Counted from the stretch's first letter, positions 1-10,659 are shown. The stretch is DNA of 64,000 nucleotides from Pelagomonas calceolata (GCA_918797485.1 CAKKNE010000002.1:1302001-1366000), one strand, 5' to 3'. Numbers and translations: made by a program. The notes: generated by a model from the letters alone, not told the origin.

Positions 1-7
1 CTGCAAG

Positions 8-778
8 GTGCTCAAGCCGTTGCTACGGAAGGCCGCCGAGGCGTCTCAAGGGACACTCATACTGAAGGAAATTGACGTCGACAAAGAAAGACCGATCGCG
101 GAGGCGCTGGAAGCGACGCAGCTGCCCTGCGTCTACAGCGTGAGGGACGGCAAGTTGCGAGACGTCATCGTCGGCCTGCCGCGGTCGCACCAGGACCTCG
201 CGGCCTTCGTCATGCGCGCCATGGATGGGGAGGGCGGTGCTTCCACAGTTCCGGGCAGCCGGACCGTCAATTTGGCGCGCGTCGCGGGCTCGGCCGCCCT
301 GGGCGCGGGCGGCCGCGAGGCCCTGGCGGCCAAGTGCCGCGGCGCGCTCGACGCGTGTAGGGAGCTTGCGGCGTCCGACAAGGATACGGTGATGGAGGCG
401 CTCAAGACGACGAAAGCGTACCTAGAGCGGGCCTACGGCGGCAAGCCGGTCTATCGCGACAACGCCGTGTTTGTGGAGAACTGTGTGGAAATCAAACAGT
501 GAGTTAGGTTATCCTGAGATTTGTTGCGGGACGACGTCGCGTCGATGGCGTGGGGCGCCCGAAATTTGATTTCCACACAGGTGGAGAAGGTGGCCCCCTG
601 CGCGCCGGCTTTGGACTTGTTTGCGGCGGCTGGGTACGTGGAGATTCCCGGCGACCCTGAGGGTTCAGATGACGAGAAAAGAGACGCCTTACACCCGACG
701 CATCGCAATCTAGCCGTCTTCGAGCTCTGCTGCGCCGAGATCGACAAGGCAAGAGATGAGCTGCGCGTGATGACGTGA
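8..778 (+). CDS. Thioredoxin-like + PUB-like domain protein (5' partial; exons <8-472, 581-778)
   Basis: ORFs 8..502 and 521..778 join in frame (NAVF|VEKVAP) after removing intron 473-580. Trx-like 'IDVDKE..IA..L....LPCV' and PUB-like 'ALDLFAAAGY' segments are present. Confidence 0.65.
473..580 (+). mobile_element. Introner intron (GT-AG, 108 bp); element 481-580
   Basis: TIRs CTGTGTGGAAATCAAA (481-496) and TTTGATTTCCACACAG (565-580). Perfect 8-bp TSD GTGGAGAA at 473-480 and 581-588. Splicing restores the frame. Confidence 0.95.
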
Positions 779-801
779 AGTACACCTAACAATATCTTAC
801 A

Positions 802-1383
802 CTACAACTCAGCGCGCCGCCACTCGATGTCCAGCGCGCAGCCCGAGGCGACCACCATGTTCGCGACCGGGCAGCGCTCGTGCACGATGCGACCGATCTG
901 CTCGATTGTCGCGTCGTCGTCGGCGTCAATGCTAACGTGCGCGACGCCCCAGATGCGCGTCAGGCGGCTGACGGCCGGCGCCGGCGCGTCCACCGGCAGG
1001 TGCGCGGCGCCTTGCGGATCTCGCGACGCTTCCAGCTCGAAATCGATGCTGCGTATCTTCGTGCGCAGCATTCTTGCAACAAAATCGGCCGTCGCGCCCT
1101 CGCACCCTATCAAGGCCGCCAGCAGCGTCTCGACCGGCTGCGGCGCGGTGTCCTTGCCGCCGCCGGAGGGCGGCGTGTCCGTATGGAGAATGTGACCGCG
1201 GGTCTGCGACGTCGACGCCGTGCCTTGGGTGGTGCCGGTGATGCTGTAGAGCTTTTCACGCGGTTTGCGCGTTGATAGCGTTCGTTGTCTCGCTGTGAGA
1301 GCTCGTGTCGTGCGTTGGCTCACTGTGAGAGCTCGTGCCACTGTGAGAGCCTGCACTCGTTTTGCGAGCGTGGCGGCCAGCAT
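802..1383 (-). CDS. OsmC/Ohr-like protein, probable mitochondrial presequence
   Basis: 'GGGKDTAPQPVETLLAALIGC' and 'RCPVANM' two-Cys OsmC motifs; ATG at 1383. Confidence 0.8.
   Translation of the reverse strand: MLAATLAKRVQALTVARALTVSQRTTRALTARQRTLSTRKPREKLYSITGTTQGTASTSQTRGHILHTDTPPSGGGKDTAPQPVETLLAALIGCEGATADFVARMLRTKIRSIDFELEASRDPQGAAHLPVDAPAPAVSRLTRIWGVAHVSIDADDDATIEQIGRIVHERCPVANMVVASGCALDIEWRRAEL
1291..1350. repeat. Short imperfect direct repeats (CACTGTGAGAGCTCGTG x3) in presequence-coding DNA
   Basis: Copies at 1291, 1321 and 1339. Confidence 0.7.
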
Positions 1384-1487
1384 TGCTCTTCTACTGCTCT
1401 GGAGCGCACCGGAAGTCTCCCGTAAGATGTTCAATGATACCCAGTGGCAGTTCTAAGGGTTATTCACCAGCGCTGCGGGCAGACAGA

Positions 1488-1511
1488 GCTAGCGTAGATA
1501 AAGACACTAGC
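1488..1511 (+). promoter_or_regulatory. Bipartite CTAG intergenic motif
   Basis: GCTAGCGTAGATAAAGACACTAGC between divergent genes. Confidence 0.6.
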
Positions 1512-1598
1512 TCACAGTGCACTCGACCCAAAACGTGCTACAAAGGCTGCCCACGCGCAACGTACGCACCAATAAGTGCGATCAGGCGGCACAGGACA

Positions 1599-2573
1599 AT
1601 GCTGGATGGTAATCATAGCAAGAAGCATCGCGTGAGGACGACGCCGGTGAGTCTTCTGCCGGGGGACCGCAAGGAGCGGCTCTGCGCCATGGCCGCCGAG
1701 GCCAGGGAGAAGCTTCGACCATGGGCGCTGCAACCGGCATCGGGCGTGAGCACGTTCAACCGGCTTTACATGGCGCTCGGCGAGCAGGAGAGCGTGGGCG
1801 GACTGCTGCACATCGCATCACTTGGCGCGGACGGAGGCGATGTGACGGAGGAGCACATCGACGCGTTCCTTGAGGAGAGCAATGCGTTCTTCGATGGCGT
1901 CTTCCACACGGTGAACCAATTCGCGATCGTCGCTGCCCTCACTTTTACCATCTCCGTGCCGCTAGCCGTGTACAACCTGGACGGCATCGAGACGTTCGGG
2001 ACGCGGGACGCGGCCCTGGGCGGCGACGGGAGCCCGGCGTGGTATCGGGCCTGGCACGGGCCGCGGGCGCAGCACGCCTGCCACTGGGCGTCGTGCTGTC
2101 TGATCTCCCTGTCGGTGTACTGCAGCTGGGAGGCCATCTCGCGGTGCTTCATGCTCATTCCCACCTATAGCCTCTACATGCCGGACATGGAGGCGAGGCT
2201 TCGATTCTTTATGCTCGCCCCGGCGTCCTGGCGTCTTCCGCTTGGACGGGTCGCGGCGACGACGTCGGCGCGTCGTCTCGAGACCCACGCACGCCATCGC
2301 CGCAAACGCAGGCTTCACTACGATCAAATCATGTGGGTCTGGCCCTACACGTGGGGGAGCGGGTGTCTCCTGCTGTTGGCGTTGCCGTTCCTCGGTGCCC
2401 GAATTAGTCCGGTCGTGTCTATGTGTACAGCCATGCCCGCGGTCGGTGCCATTCGCATGATCAAGTCGACGTGCTGGAAATGGGGGAATATGTCGGGAGA
2501 TTTCCAACACGAGCTCGCGAAGCAGCTGCTCGCCGCTGACGACAGTTCGGGCGGGGAAAAGGCCGTAAGCTAA
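1599..2573 (+). CDS. Multi-pass membrane protein, tandem paralog A (exons 1599-2212, 2312-2573)
   Basis: Clearly similar to 2743..3606 (SLLPGDR..RLCAMAAEAREKLR.W). A 99-bp segment absent from the paralog is bounded by GC...AG. Confidence 0.75.
   Translation: MLDGNHSKKHRVRTTPVSLLPGDRKERLCAMAAEAREKLRPWALQPASGVSTFNRLYMALGEQESVGGLLHIASLGADGGDVTEEHIDAFLEESNAFFDGVFHTVNQFAIVAALTFTISVPLAVYNLDGIETFGTRDAALGGDGSPAWYRAWHGPRAQHACHWASCCLISLSVYCSWEAISRCFMLIPTYSLYMPDMEARLRFFMLAPASWRLPLGRVAATTSARRLETHARHRRKRRLHYDQIMWVWPYTWGSGCLLLLALPFLGARISPVVSMCTAMPAVGAIRMIKSTCWKWGNMSGDFQHELAKQLLAADDSSGGEKAVS
2213..2311 (+). other. GC-AG intron (99 bp, in-frame, stop-free), degenerate introner
   Basis: Removal gives LRFFM|LHYDQI, which aligns with paralog LRFFMQDHKEI. 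Contains the ACGCCATCG motif and ends AAACGCAG. Confidence 0.75.
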
Positions 2574-2574
2574 T

Positions 2575-2595
2575 CTAGCGTATCGACACACTAGC
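2575..2595 (+). promoter_or_regulatory. Bipartite CTAG intergenic motif (variant)
   Basis: CTAGCGTATCGACACACTAGC, ~150 bp upstream of paralog B. Confidence 0.5.
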
Positions 2596-2742
2596 TGCAG
2601 CGCCGGGTCGACTCAAACAGCGCGGTGTGCTGTTGCTGCTGCCGAAGCGCAACGAACGCGACGCAGGGATACTCGCACGGTCTAAAAACGCGCGGCCAAG
2701 GCTGCCCGCGAGCAATACGTGCGATCAGGCGGCTATCACACC

Positions 2743-3606
2743 ATGCTGGACCAAGGCAAAAGACACCGCGTGCGACCGACGCCAGCGAGCTTGCTGCCTG
2801 GGGATCGGAATGCGCGGCTCTGCGCCATGGCTGCAGAGGCCAGGGAGAAGCTGCGGCATTGGTCTAGTCAGGAGAAGACGAACACGTTCGATTCCCTGTA
2901 CGACGGGGTCGGGGCGCATGAAGGCTGCGGCGGGTTACTCCGCATCGCAGCGCTCGACCCGACCGGCTCCGGGCATTTGACGGAGGCGGAGGCGGATCGA
3001 TTCCTGTGGGAAAGCAGCCAGTTATTTGAGGAATTGATTCACTTTCTGAACCTCGCAGCCCTCGTCGCGGCGCTAGCGTTCACTGTCGCCGTTCCACTCG
3101 CCGTGCTCAATCTCGACGGACTCTCGACGTTCGACGCGATTGACCCGTCCCTCGGCGGCGCCCAGAGTCTGGGTTGGTACAAGCGGTGGCGCGGACCGAG
3201 GCTGCTGCATGCGATGCATTGGACGGGGAATGGTTTGATCGCGCTCTCCGTCTACGCTTCTTTCAAGGCCATCGCTTTGTGCTTCGTGATGATACCTAGC
3301 TATAGCTTCTACCTGCCGGACGTCGAGTCGCGGTTGCGATTCTTCATGCAGGACCACAAGGAGATCCAGTACGTCTGGGCCTATACCTACGGGAGCGTGG
3401 CGTTGCTGCTTCTATCGCTCCCCTTCCTCGCGGCGCGAATCTCACCGGTCGCGTCCACGTGCGCCCTCATCCCGGCGGCCAGCGCCTTCTCGGTGTTTCG
3501 GGCCCTCTTGTTTCGAGCCGATCACATGGCGAACTTCCAGCTCGACATCGCGCGGCGACTCATGGCGGACGGCGGCGAAATATTTCGGGGGGAGGTCGTA
3601 AGCTAG
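2743..3606 (+). CDS. Multi-pass membrane protein, tandem paralog B (intronless)
   Basis: Open ORF, hydrophobic segments, paralogous to the upstream gene. Confidence 0.8.
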   Translation: MLDQGKRHRVRPTPASLLPGDRNARLCAMAAEAREKLRHWSSQEKTNTFDSLYDGVGAHEGCGGLLRIAALDPTGSGHLTEAEADRFLWESSQLFEELIHFLNLAALVAALAFTVAVPLAVLNLDGLSTFDAIDPSLGGAQSLGWYKRWRGPRLLHAMHWTGNGLIALSVYASFKAIALCFVMIPSYSFYLPDVESRLRFFMQDHKEIQYVWAYTYGSVALLLLSLPFLAARISPVASTCALIPAASAFSVFRALLFRADHMANFQLDIARRLMADGGEIFRGEVVS

Positions 3607-3895
3607 TGCTGATTGAGGCGTTCCAATCGTGGGTAAGGGTGTCGCGAGCCCTCACCAACGCGTCCACAGGCTTCACTAGCGCGCGCAGGCACTAGCACAA
3701 CGCCAATCTGCTCTCACAGCGGCGCGTCGAAAAACGCCTCGTGCGGCAGCCCGCAGGTGCCACAAGCGCGCCCTCCGGCAGCCTCCGTGCCCCTACGCTG
3801 CGGCGCAGGCAGCCCCGCCGCGACAGCGCGCCACAACGGCCTAGCGCCCCCAGCGAAGCGCAGCGCAGCTCACACCGACGCAGCAGCGAAGCCCC

Positions 3896-4822
3896 ATGGC
3901 TTCGAGCTGGCAGCGCCCGCCCGACACGGGTTGTGATGCGGACGGCATCCCCCACGGCTTCCGGAAGGTCATGGGCGACATGGCCGCCGAGATGGGTGAT
4001 GATGAGCTCATGCGGGCGTCGCAGGGGAGCATCCACGACCCGCGCCACACCTCAAAGACCTTCTCGGACATCCACCAGAAGTTCTTCGGCGCGGCCAAGA
4101 AGGCGGGCCATATGGCGCTCGCTGCACAGGGGTTCCGAGAAGCGGGGGAGCGGCGCGTCATGCGTGGGGTGGATGCTCATGGGAATAGTATGGACTACTC
4201 CGGTGGAAAGTACGCGCGGGGCGCAAAATTGATGCTCTCGGCCCGGGCGGGCGGCCCGCCGCAGTGGGACCCGCGGCCCCAGCACATCCGGCAGGAGTAC
4301 CGCGAGACGCGCGAATTGCGGAAGGAGGGCTTCGAGACGCGCCAGGAGCGCGACGCGGCGGTCCGGTCCCAGTGGGGCCTCGAAGGTGATAGAAGGAACC
4401 AGTTCCAGCGGGTCATGGTCCACAAGCAGGACCGCTACGGGAATTCCTACGGCCAGCCCAAGGAACACGGCCCGGGCATTCGGGACCGCTACGGGAATGA
4501 TGCCGACTACGCGGGCGGCCGGTACGCGCGCGGGGCCCAGGCCATGGGCATGGGCGGCGACGGCCTTCCCGCGCCGCTCACGCCGCGCGGCGGCCAGGGG
4601 CGCGTGCCGCAGGACCAGGGCATGCTCTCCGTCGCGAACGCGCAGGCCGTCGAGATCCCGCGGCCGGCGGACTGGGACGCGCGCAGACGCCGAGACTACG
4701 CGGCGGGCCGGCACCCGCTGCCCCAGGGCGACGGGCCGCACTGGCACCCGTTCCACCAGTCGCAGAGCGAGGTCGACCGCAAGTTCCTCCAGCACGTCTG
4801 GCGCAAGAGCCGGAACCAGTAG
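3896..4822 (+). CDS. Hypothetical protein with internal repeat (D..GN..DY.GG.YARGA x2)
   Basis: 308-aa ORF with high-GC3 codon usage and a repeated peptide. Confidence 0.65.
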   Translation: MASSWQRPPDTGCDADGIPHGFRKVMGDMAAEMGDDELMRASQGSIHDPRHTSKTFSDIHQKFFGAAKKAGHMALAAQGFREAGERRVMRGVDAHGNSMDYSGGKYARGAKLMLSARAGGPPQWDPRPQHIRQEYRETRELRKEGFETRQERDAAVRSQWGLEGDRRNQFQRVMVHKQDRYGNSYGQPKEHGPGIRDRYGNDADYAGGRYARGAQAMGMGGDGLPAPLTPRGGQGRVPQDQGMLSVANAQAVEIPRPADWDARRRRDYAAGRHPLPQGDGPHWHPFHQSQSEVDRKFLQHVWRKSRNQ

Positions 4823-4860
4823 CTGTAGAAGGCGTAAAGTCCAAAGAATCACAGTAATAG

Positions 4861-6304
4861 TTAAGAAAACCGGAACGTGCACGCGAGCGGCAGGTGGTCC
4901 GACGGGTGCACGAGGTCCGGGATCGCGCCGGCCGGCGCCGAGACGTCGCTCCGGTCCAGGGGCTCCAGGGACTCGTCGTAGAAGACATAATCGATCCAGA
5001 GTGACCGGTCGCCGTTCTTCGACGTGCACACGCCCTCGCAATCCGCCCAGCCGTGCACGGGCGCGAAGGCGTCCCGTAAGGTCCGCTCGCCCCAGAAAAA
5101 CGCGCCGTCGCCGCCCCACCCGGTGGCGTGCTTGAAGCCCACGTCGCCGCTCCAGACGTGCGTTTCCGACGGCGGCGTGTTGAAATCCCCACACAGCACG
5201 ACCGCGTCGTCGTCGTCCGCTCTCTCGGCGACTATGTTCTTTATTGTGGCGAGCTCTCCGGCGCGCACCTCGCCGGGAAAGCGGGTCACGCCGGGCCCGT
5301 CGCCTGTGTGGAATCAACCAGTGAGTCGGGTGCACACCGCTACGCCATCGAGCAGGCATCGCGTGCAGGTCCTGATTTCCACACAGCCCGTCGCGCGACG
5401 TCGTCATGAGGTGCACGGCCACGACACACACAATGCGACCCGACGCCTTGTGGCGCAGCCGCGCCACGGCGGCCTGGCGCCGGTCCGCCGCCGGCAGGTC
5501 CGTGGCCGTGACGCCGCCGCCCTCCGTCGGCGGCACGACGAGCGGGTGCCACTTCTCCAGCAGGTCGTGGTTCGACAAGGACACAGTCGTAGTGTTGCAG
5601 GCGATTATTCGATCGCTCTGCTCTTCGACGAGCTCGAACACATCGGAGCGCCAGAAGACGCCGAGGCCCGCCGGCGGCGTCCGGCCGATCAGCGGGTCCG
5701 TGAAGAAGGCGCCGTCGTAGCCTTGGGACGCCATGGCCGCGTGGAAGGGCTGGTCCCCGTTCTTGTACGAAGCGTGTACATTATGGATGTCGTACTCGCA
5801 CAGCGCCACGATGTCGGCGCATGTACAGACGTCAAACACGCGCGGGCCGCGCGCGGCCCAGTCGTAGACCGTCGCGTCCTGCTCGGAGACCTCCGCGAAG
5901 AGCCGGAGGCCCTCGGCCTCGCCCAAGGAGCGCCGCAGGACGCCTCGCAAAGTGGTGGCCACGGTAGGCAGGCCTCCCTTGACGTACAGCACCTTGTCCT
6001 CACTCTCAAACTTCAGACCGCTCAGCTTCTCAGGAATGTCGCTATCGGACCTAAGCACCCTACACCCCCACAACGCGCGCATCGCCGCGTAGTCGCCGCT
6101 ATGGAAGTTCTTGTGCCAGTGGCGCTTGTACTCGTCATCCACATTCGTGCGCCGCCAGGTGCCAAAGGCCTCGCCCGTCTTGTCCTCGATCCGCGCTCGC
6201 GTCTGCGGCGAGACGTTGAGCACCCACGGGATCGTGTTGCTGCCGAGGGACCGCGCCAAGATGTTGTAGGTCAGCACTCGGAAGGAGTGGCCGTCCGGTT
6301 GCAT
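4861..6304 (-). CDS. CCR4/nocturnin-like EEP phosphatase/deadenylase (exons 6304-5395, 5303-4861)
   Basis: Motifs 'VLTYNILA', 'LCE', 'LCGDFN', 'IDYVFY' and 'PSDHLP'; frame restored by the introner intron. Confidence 0.85.
5304..5394 (-). mobile_element. Introner intron (GC-AG, 91 bp); element 5304-5386
   Basis: TIRs CTGTGTGGAATCA and TGATTTCCACACAG. Perfect TSD CCCGTCGC at 5296-5303 and 5387-5394. Spliced product reads SRDGPGVTRF. Confidence 0.93.
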
Positions 6305-6476
6305 CGTGTGGTGTGAGGTCAAATGACTCCTCCAAGGCCCCTGAGCCTCTGTGCCACACCACAGCGCGCACAGCTCACGTGGCTGGCTGCGTCGCTAAGA
6401 GACGGCCAGAACCGAACGACCGATGCCCAACTGGGCCCCCAGCGGCCGCGCTAGCTCAGCTGCAGAGTCGGAGCTT

Positions 6477-6498
6477 GCTAGTGTCCTATTACGCTAGC
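6477..6498 (-). promoter_or_regulatory. Bipartite CTAG intergenic motif
   Basis: GCTAGTGTCCTATTACGCTAGC between divergent genes. Confidence 0.55.
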
Positions 6499-6678
6499 TT
6501 CCTGCTTTGGGGAAGAGCCCAGCAACGCGACCAACCAGCCCGTCGAAGCTGCGCAGCTTCGCCCGGAGGTCCAGTGCACTCGTGCTGCATCGCTGTCGCT
6601 GAGTCGAACGGCTAGTTGAGCAGCAGCGCCGACGCATTGCCAGCAGGTCGCATTGCCAGCAGCAGCGCTGTCGCATTG

Positions 6679-7719
6679 ATGGGCCGCCGCGGCGGCAGCG
6701 GCAGCCAATCCGTAGCGAAGGTCGTCGCAGTGTTCCTGGCAGCGTTCGTCGCCGTACACCCGCCGCTCAAGCTCTGGGTGCCGTGGGCCGCTGAATCATT
6801 CGTCGCATCGATCATCGGGCGGCCGTGGGGCTGGCGCCAACATCCGTGGCAACCTCTGGCAGACGTTCCGGTGCCACCGACTCGTGTGAACACCATCAAT
6901 GCCACCGAACTCGCCGCCGGCGCGACGGTGGACCTCACGCGGCCGCTGCTCGTGCGTGGAGCCGCGACGGCCGAGGCGCTCGAGCTGTTCTCGGTCGAGG
7001 CGCTGCAGAGGCCACCGCTGGGCGACGTTGTGATTGACTACTTCGTCGACGCGACCCGGTCGGGACACCTCGTGCCCGACGGCCGCGCGAGACTTGGCGA
7101 CGTCGTGCGAAACATCACGCTGGGCGCACCGCACAAGATCGGGTCCCAGTACGTTGTGTCGCGGCACGGCTGTTGTCCGGATAGAGCGGAGCGCGCAAAA
7201 ACCCTCGAAGCGCTGCTCCCGCGGCCGCTCGCGCGCGCGCTCGGAGGAGAACGGCGCTTCTCGACGACGGCGCTGGATCTAAGCCTCCTCACCGTACCAT
7301 TATTCGTCGCGGGCACGCCCGTCGGCGCCCGGCCGCGCACGGACCTGCATTCCGAGCCGATCGCGTCGGTGGCCGTGCAGCTCCGCGGGTCGAAGCGCTG
7401 GACGCTCGTCGACGCGGGTCGAAGCGCGGTCGTGCGGCCCAGGCCGTCGCCGGACGGCCGAGCTTATTTTCGAAGCGCCTTGCACGACTCGGAGGTCGAC
7501 CGCATCGAGGGCCGCTACGAGGTCGAGACGGCGGCGGGGGACATGCTGTACGTGCCCCCCTGGACCTGGCACGCCGTCGCCTACGACTCCACGGACGTCT
7601 CCGTCGCCGCGTCGCTCTTCCACTTCGTGCCGTCCTCCTTTATCAGGAACCAGCCAGCCTTCGCGGCGGCCATCCTGCCGAACCTCGCGAAAGAGCTAGT
7701 GGGCGTAAAGACGCAGTGA
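6679..7719 (+). CDS. JmjC/cupin-like domain protein
   Basis: 'TDLHSE', 'GSKRWTL' and 'GDMLYVPPWTWHAV' JmjC motifs. Confidence 0.8.
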   Translation: MGRRGGSGSQSVAKVVAVFLAAFVAVHPPLKLWVPWAAESFVASIIGRPWGWRQHPWQPLADVPVPPTRVNTINATELAAGATVDLTRPLLVRGAATAEALELFSVEALQRPPLGDVVIDYFVDATRSGHLVPDGRARLGDVVRNITLGAPHKIGSQYVVSRHGCCPDRAERAKTLEALLPRPLARALGGERRFSTTALDLSLLTVPLFVAGTPVGARPRTDLHSEPIASVAVQLRGSKRWTLVDAGRSAVVRPRPSPDGRAYFRSALHDSEVDRIEGRYEVETAAGDMLYVPPWTWHAVAYDSTDVSVAASLFHFVPSSFIRNQPAFAAAILPNLAKELVGVKTQ

Positions 7720-7757
7720 GTAGGACCGAGAAAATTACGACGGGAGAGGGAGGGGAG

Positions 7758-8657
7758 CTAGGGCTTCCCGAAGAACCAGGCGGCAGCAGCGGTCGCGGCC
7801 GCAACCGCGAGCTTCTTCGCCTTGGAGGACTTCTTCACGCCAGCTTCCGCGGCGACGACGTCCTTGACGGCCGCCTCGGCCTCCTCGGCGGCCTGGGCCG
7901 CCGCCGCGAAGGCGTCCTCCTCCTTCTTCTTGGCCACCGCGTCCTTCTTGAGCAGCGTCTGCGCGGGCGCGGAGATCGTCGGCATCGTCGGCGGGCGCGC
8001 GGCAACAGGTTTTGATGGTGTGATCACGGGCGCGGGCTTGCGCGCCGGCAGGGGGTCCGCGGGCGCCGGCGCCGGCGCGGGCGCCGGGGCGGGCTCGGCC
8101 TTCGCGGGCGCGGGCGCCGGTGCCGGCGCCGGGGCGGGCTCGGCCTCCGCGGGTCCATCCTCCCGGGCGTCCGCGTCGGCGTCCGCTGATACCTTGGGCC
8201 GCAGGAACGACAGGAACTTCTTCGGCGCCGGCTCGGCCGCCGCCGCATCCGCGGCCTCCGCGGCCTCCTCGGCGTCCGTTTGATTTTTGCGCCAGGCGGC
8301 GAGACCGCCGCCGAGCGCCAAGACGACCGCGTAGGGCGTGATGTCAGGGGCCGCGCCGCTGCTGGTCGCGACGGGCCGCGAGACCGGTCGCGCGACGGGC
8401 GCCGGCGCCGGCCGGCGCGCCGGGGCGGCCGGCCGCGACACGGGCGCCGGCGCCGGCCGGTTCGGCGCCTTTTCCGCCATGGCGTCGGACGTGTCGTCCG
8501 GCGCCCAAGCCTTGAGCTCGTCGCGCATGGTCGTCGGGTTCTGGTACACGGGGAAGTCGCCTCCTCTATAGACCTTGACGCTCTCGCGCGTGAAGGAGCC
8601 GGGCAGCTGGAAGGCGTGCGCCGCGGCGGCCGCCCAGAGAAGGGCGCGCGTCGACAT
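7758..8657 (-). CDS. Pro/Ala-rich hypothetical membrane protein, probably plastid-targeted
   Basis: Signal peptide followed by AHA|F (ASAFAP-like); two hydrophobic segments. Confidence 0.65.
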   Translation of the reverse strand: MSTRALLWAAAAAHAFQLPGSFTRESVKVYRGGDFPVYQNPTTMRDELKAWAPDDTSDAMAEKAPNRPAPAPVSRPAAPARRPAPAPVARPVSRPVATSSGAAPDITPYAVVLALGGGLAAWRKNQTDAEEAAEAADAAAAEPAPKKFLSFLRPKVSADADADAREDGPAEAEPAPAPAPAPAPAKAEPAPAPAPAPAPADPLPARKPAPVITPSKPVAARPPTMPTISAPAQTLLKKDAVAKKKEEDAFAAAAQAAEEAEAAVKDVVAAEAGVKKSSKAKKLAVAAATAAAAWFFGKP

Positions 8658-8851
8658 GGCGTTCGTGCTCTGAGGCCTGTTGCTCGAGCTGCACGTCAAG
8701 GAGCGTCCAGACGAGAACGTGTGGATGCGTGCGGCTGAGTCCTGTATCAGGGCTTCCAGCTTTAACGCTTCGGCAGTGCGAGACTCCGCGGTGGGGATCT
8801 ATGAAGCCGATTTGACTCCAGATTGGGCAATCTTTGAGTTATTTTTTTGTG

Positions 8852-8875
8852 GCTAGACGCCAGTAAGACACTAGC
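8852..8875 (+). promoter_or_regulatory. Bipartite CTAG intergenic motif
   Basis: GCTAGACGCCAGTAAGACACTAGC, ~200 bp upstream of the ATG at 8657. Confidence 0.6.
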
Positions 8876-9070
8876 ATCCGTTTTGTTTGCGCAAAATGGC
8901 TTTGAGACGATCTCTCTCTCCCGATTGATCGGACATTTTGCCCAGGCGGCTCTACAGAACGGGAGTAGAGCTATGCTAGAATATGAAATGCCGCGGCCCG
9001 CCACAGGACCTAGAACCGCAAAGATAGAATACGACACTCGATTATACCTATACAAAAACACAGCAGAAGA

Positions 9071-10516
9071 CTATGGATCGTGCGGCAGCAGCCGGCACCG
9101 CGTCGGGTAGAACCGCGTGCTGTCCGCGCAGGCGAGCAGGTGCTCGAGCCGCGACGTGTAGATGTCGGCGTGCTGTTTTAGGGCAAATGCGTACGCCGTC
9201 GCGTCCGCTCTATGGCGGAAGACCGACCCGAAATTCTCGTTGAAGGACCGGCGCATCTGCACGCGTATGGCTTCTCTCTCATCTTCCAACGCGTCGAGGC
9301 CCCTGACGTCGCCCAACGCCTGTACCCGCGTGAGAAGTTGGTCCGCCTCCACGGACCGCTCGTGGAGTGCTTTGTATTCGGCCGTGTTCACGACGTCCAG
9401 TTCTCTTTCCAGTTCCCGCACGATCGCCGCCGTGGCCCAGCCCTGCCGCCGCGGTTCCCTGAGGTCGGCGTGGACGTGGTCGCCCACATACAGGACTTCA
9501 CTCCCCCATCCTGTGAGCCGCGACAGCTCCGCCAGCGAGCCGCCGAGCAGCACTCTATTTTTCTCCAAATCCCTACCAGAAGCCCGCGACCACTTGACGT
9601 AGCCGTGTGTTGACACAGCTCGGAACGGCTGGTCCCGCCTCCAGAACTTGGGCTTCCGCGCCGACGCGACGACGACGTCAAACGCGTCGCGCCAGGTATC
9701 ACCGAGCAAGTATTTCATCCCGGTTTCGAGCATCGGTACCGGAGAGTTCGTAAGCACGAATAACTCCTTGCCCGACGCGCGGAGCGACGCCAGGAGTGAT
9801 TCGAACCCCTCGATCGGGTGCAAATACGTCGCCGGGTCGCCGCGGACGGCGTCATGTAAGGCGCCCGATATATGCACGTGACTAATGGCTCTAGCGACGT
9901 CCTCGGCGAGCGCTGAAGCGTCGAAGGCGATGCCTCTATCGACTGCTAACTGGACCACGTCGGCCAACAGACATACTTCACTCAGCGCGAAGAGGTCGTT
10001 GAATTGGCTCATGTCGTCCGCGACCCTATGCGGGTCGCAGTGGAGGGCGGGCCCGTAGGCTCTTCTCAATTCCTCGGGCGCGAGCCGTCGCCGGCCCAGG
10101 AAGGCGGCGTCCTGGGCCACCGCGCGAGCATACGACAGCTTGACGAGGTAGCCCGTCCGTCTGTCAAACAACAAGCCTCGGATCGCGAAACTCGGGTCGT
10201 AGCTCGTATCAATGGCGGGGTAGTGGCTCCGCTCCATGAGGTGGTCCTTCGCTCGGTCATAAATAAATGCATTCAATGCGTTCGTGTAGGACGCCAGGGT
10301 ATAATCATAATCAAACCCAATAGCTTTCACGTCCGCCATCCTTAATTCCCGGTTCGCGAAGACCTTCTCCGGCGGCGGCGTCGTACCGAGGAGGTTGCGC
10401 ACGTGGGTCGGGAGCAGTGCTTCGAGGGGGCGGCTGGCCAGGCATCGATGCGCGCCGCGAGGCTGCAGGAGGCGACCGGAGCGCTGGAGGGCAGATCGCA
10501 GCCGGAGCGCCATCAT
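9071..10516 (-). CDS. HAD-family 5'-nucleotidase (NT5DC/cN-II-like)
   Basis: Motifs 'GFDYDYTL', 'LTNS', 'ARKPKF', 'YVGDH..ADL' and 'ADIYTS'. Confidence 0.9.
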   Translation of the reverse strand: MMALRLRSALQRSGRLLQPRGAHRCLASRPLEALLPTHVRNLLGTTPPPEKVFANRELRMADVKAIGFDYDYTLASYTNALNAFIYDRAKDHLMERSHYPAIDTSYDPSFAIRGLLFDRRTGYLVKLSYARAVAQDAAFLGRRRLAPEELRRAYGPALHCDPHRVADDMSQFNDLFALSEVCLLADVVQLAVDRGIAFDASALAEDVARAISHVHISGALHDAVRGDPATYLHPIEGFESLLASLRASGKELFVLTNSPVPMLETGMKYLLGDTWRDAFDVVVASARKPKFWRRDQPFRAVSTHGYVKWSRASGRDLEKNRVLLGGSLAELSRLTGWGSEVLYVGDHVHADLREPRRQGWATAAIVRELERELDVVNTAEYKALHERSVEADQLLTRVQALGDVRGLDALEDEREAIRVQMRRSFNENFGSVFRHRADATAYAFALKQHADIYTSRLEHLLACADSTRFYPTRCRLLPHDP

Positions 10517-10636
10517 GCCGCTGCAAACTTTTGTCACGGCAAGCCACGGATGTTATTAGGTTCTCCGTCAGCTGTGGCCCTGCACGGTCAAGCTAGTGTA
10601 GCTGTAGAGCTGCAAAAGGCCGGCTGCAGAGGTTTC

Positions 10637-10659
10637 CTAGTGTCTTACAGGACGCTAGC
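10637..10659 (-). promoter_or_regulatory. Bipartite CTAG intergenic motif
   Basis: CTAGTGTCTTACAGGACGCTAGC between divergent genes. Confidence 0.65.

Noticed and set aside
4052..6322. 756-aa ORF as one protein
   Set aside because: It reads through the introner at 5304-5394 into the wrong frame; the spliced model recovers the catalytic EEP motifs.
8040..8470. GCCGGC-rich repeats as a mobile or structural element
   Set aside because: They encode Pro-Ala linkers of the minus-strand protein.
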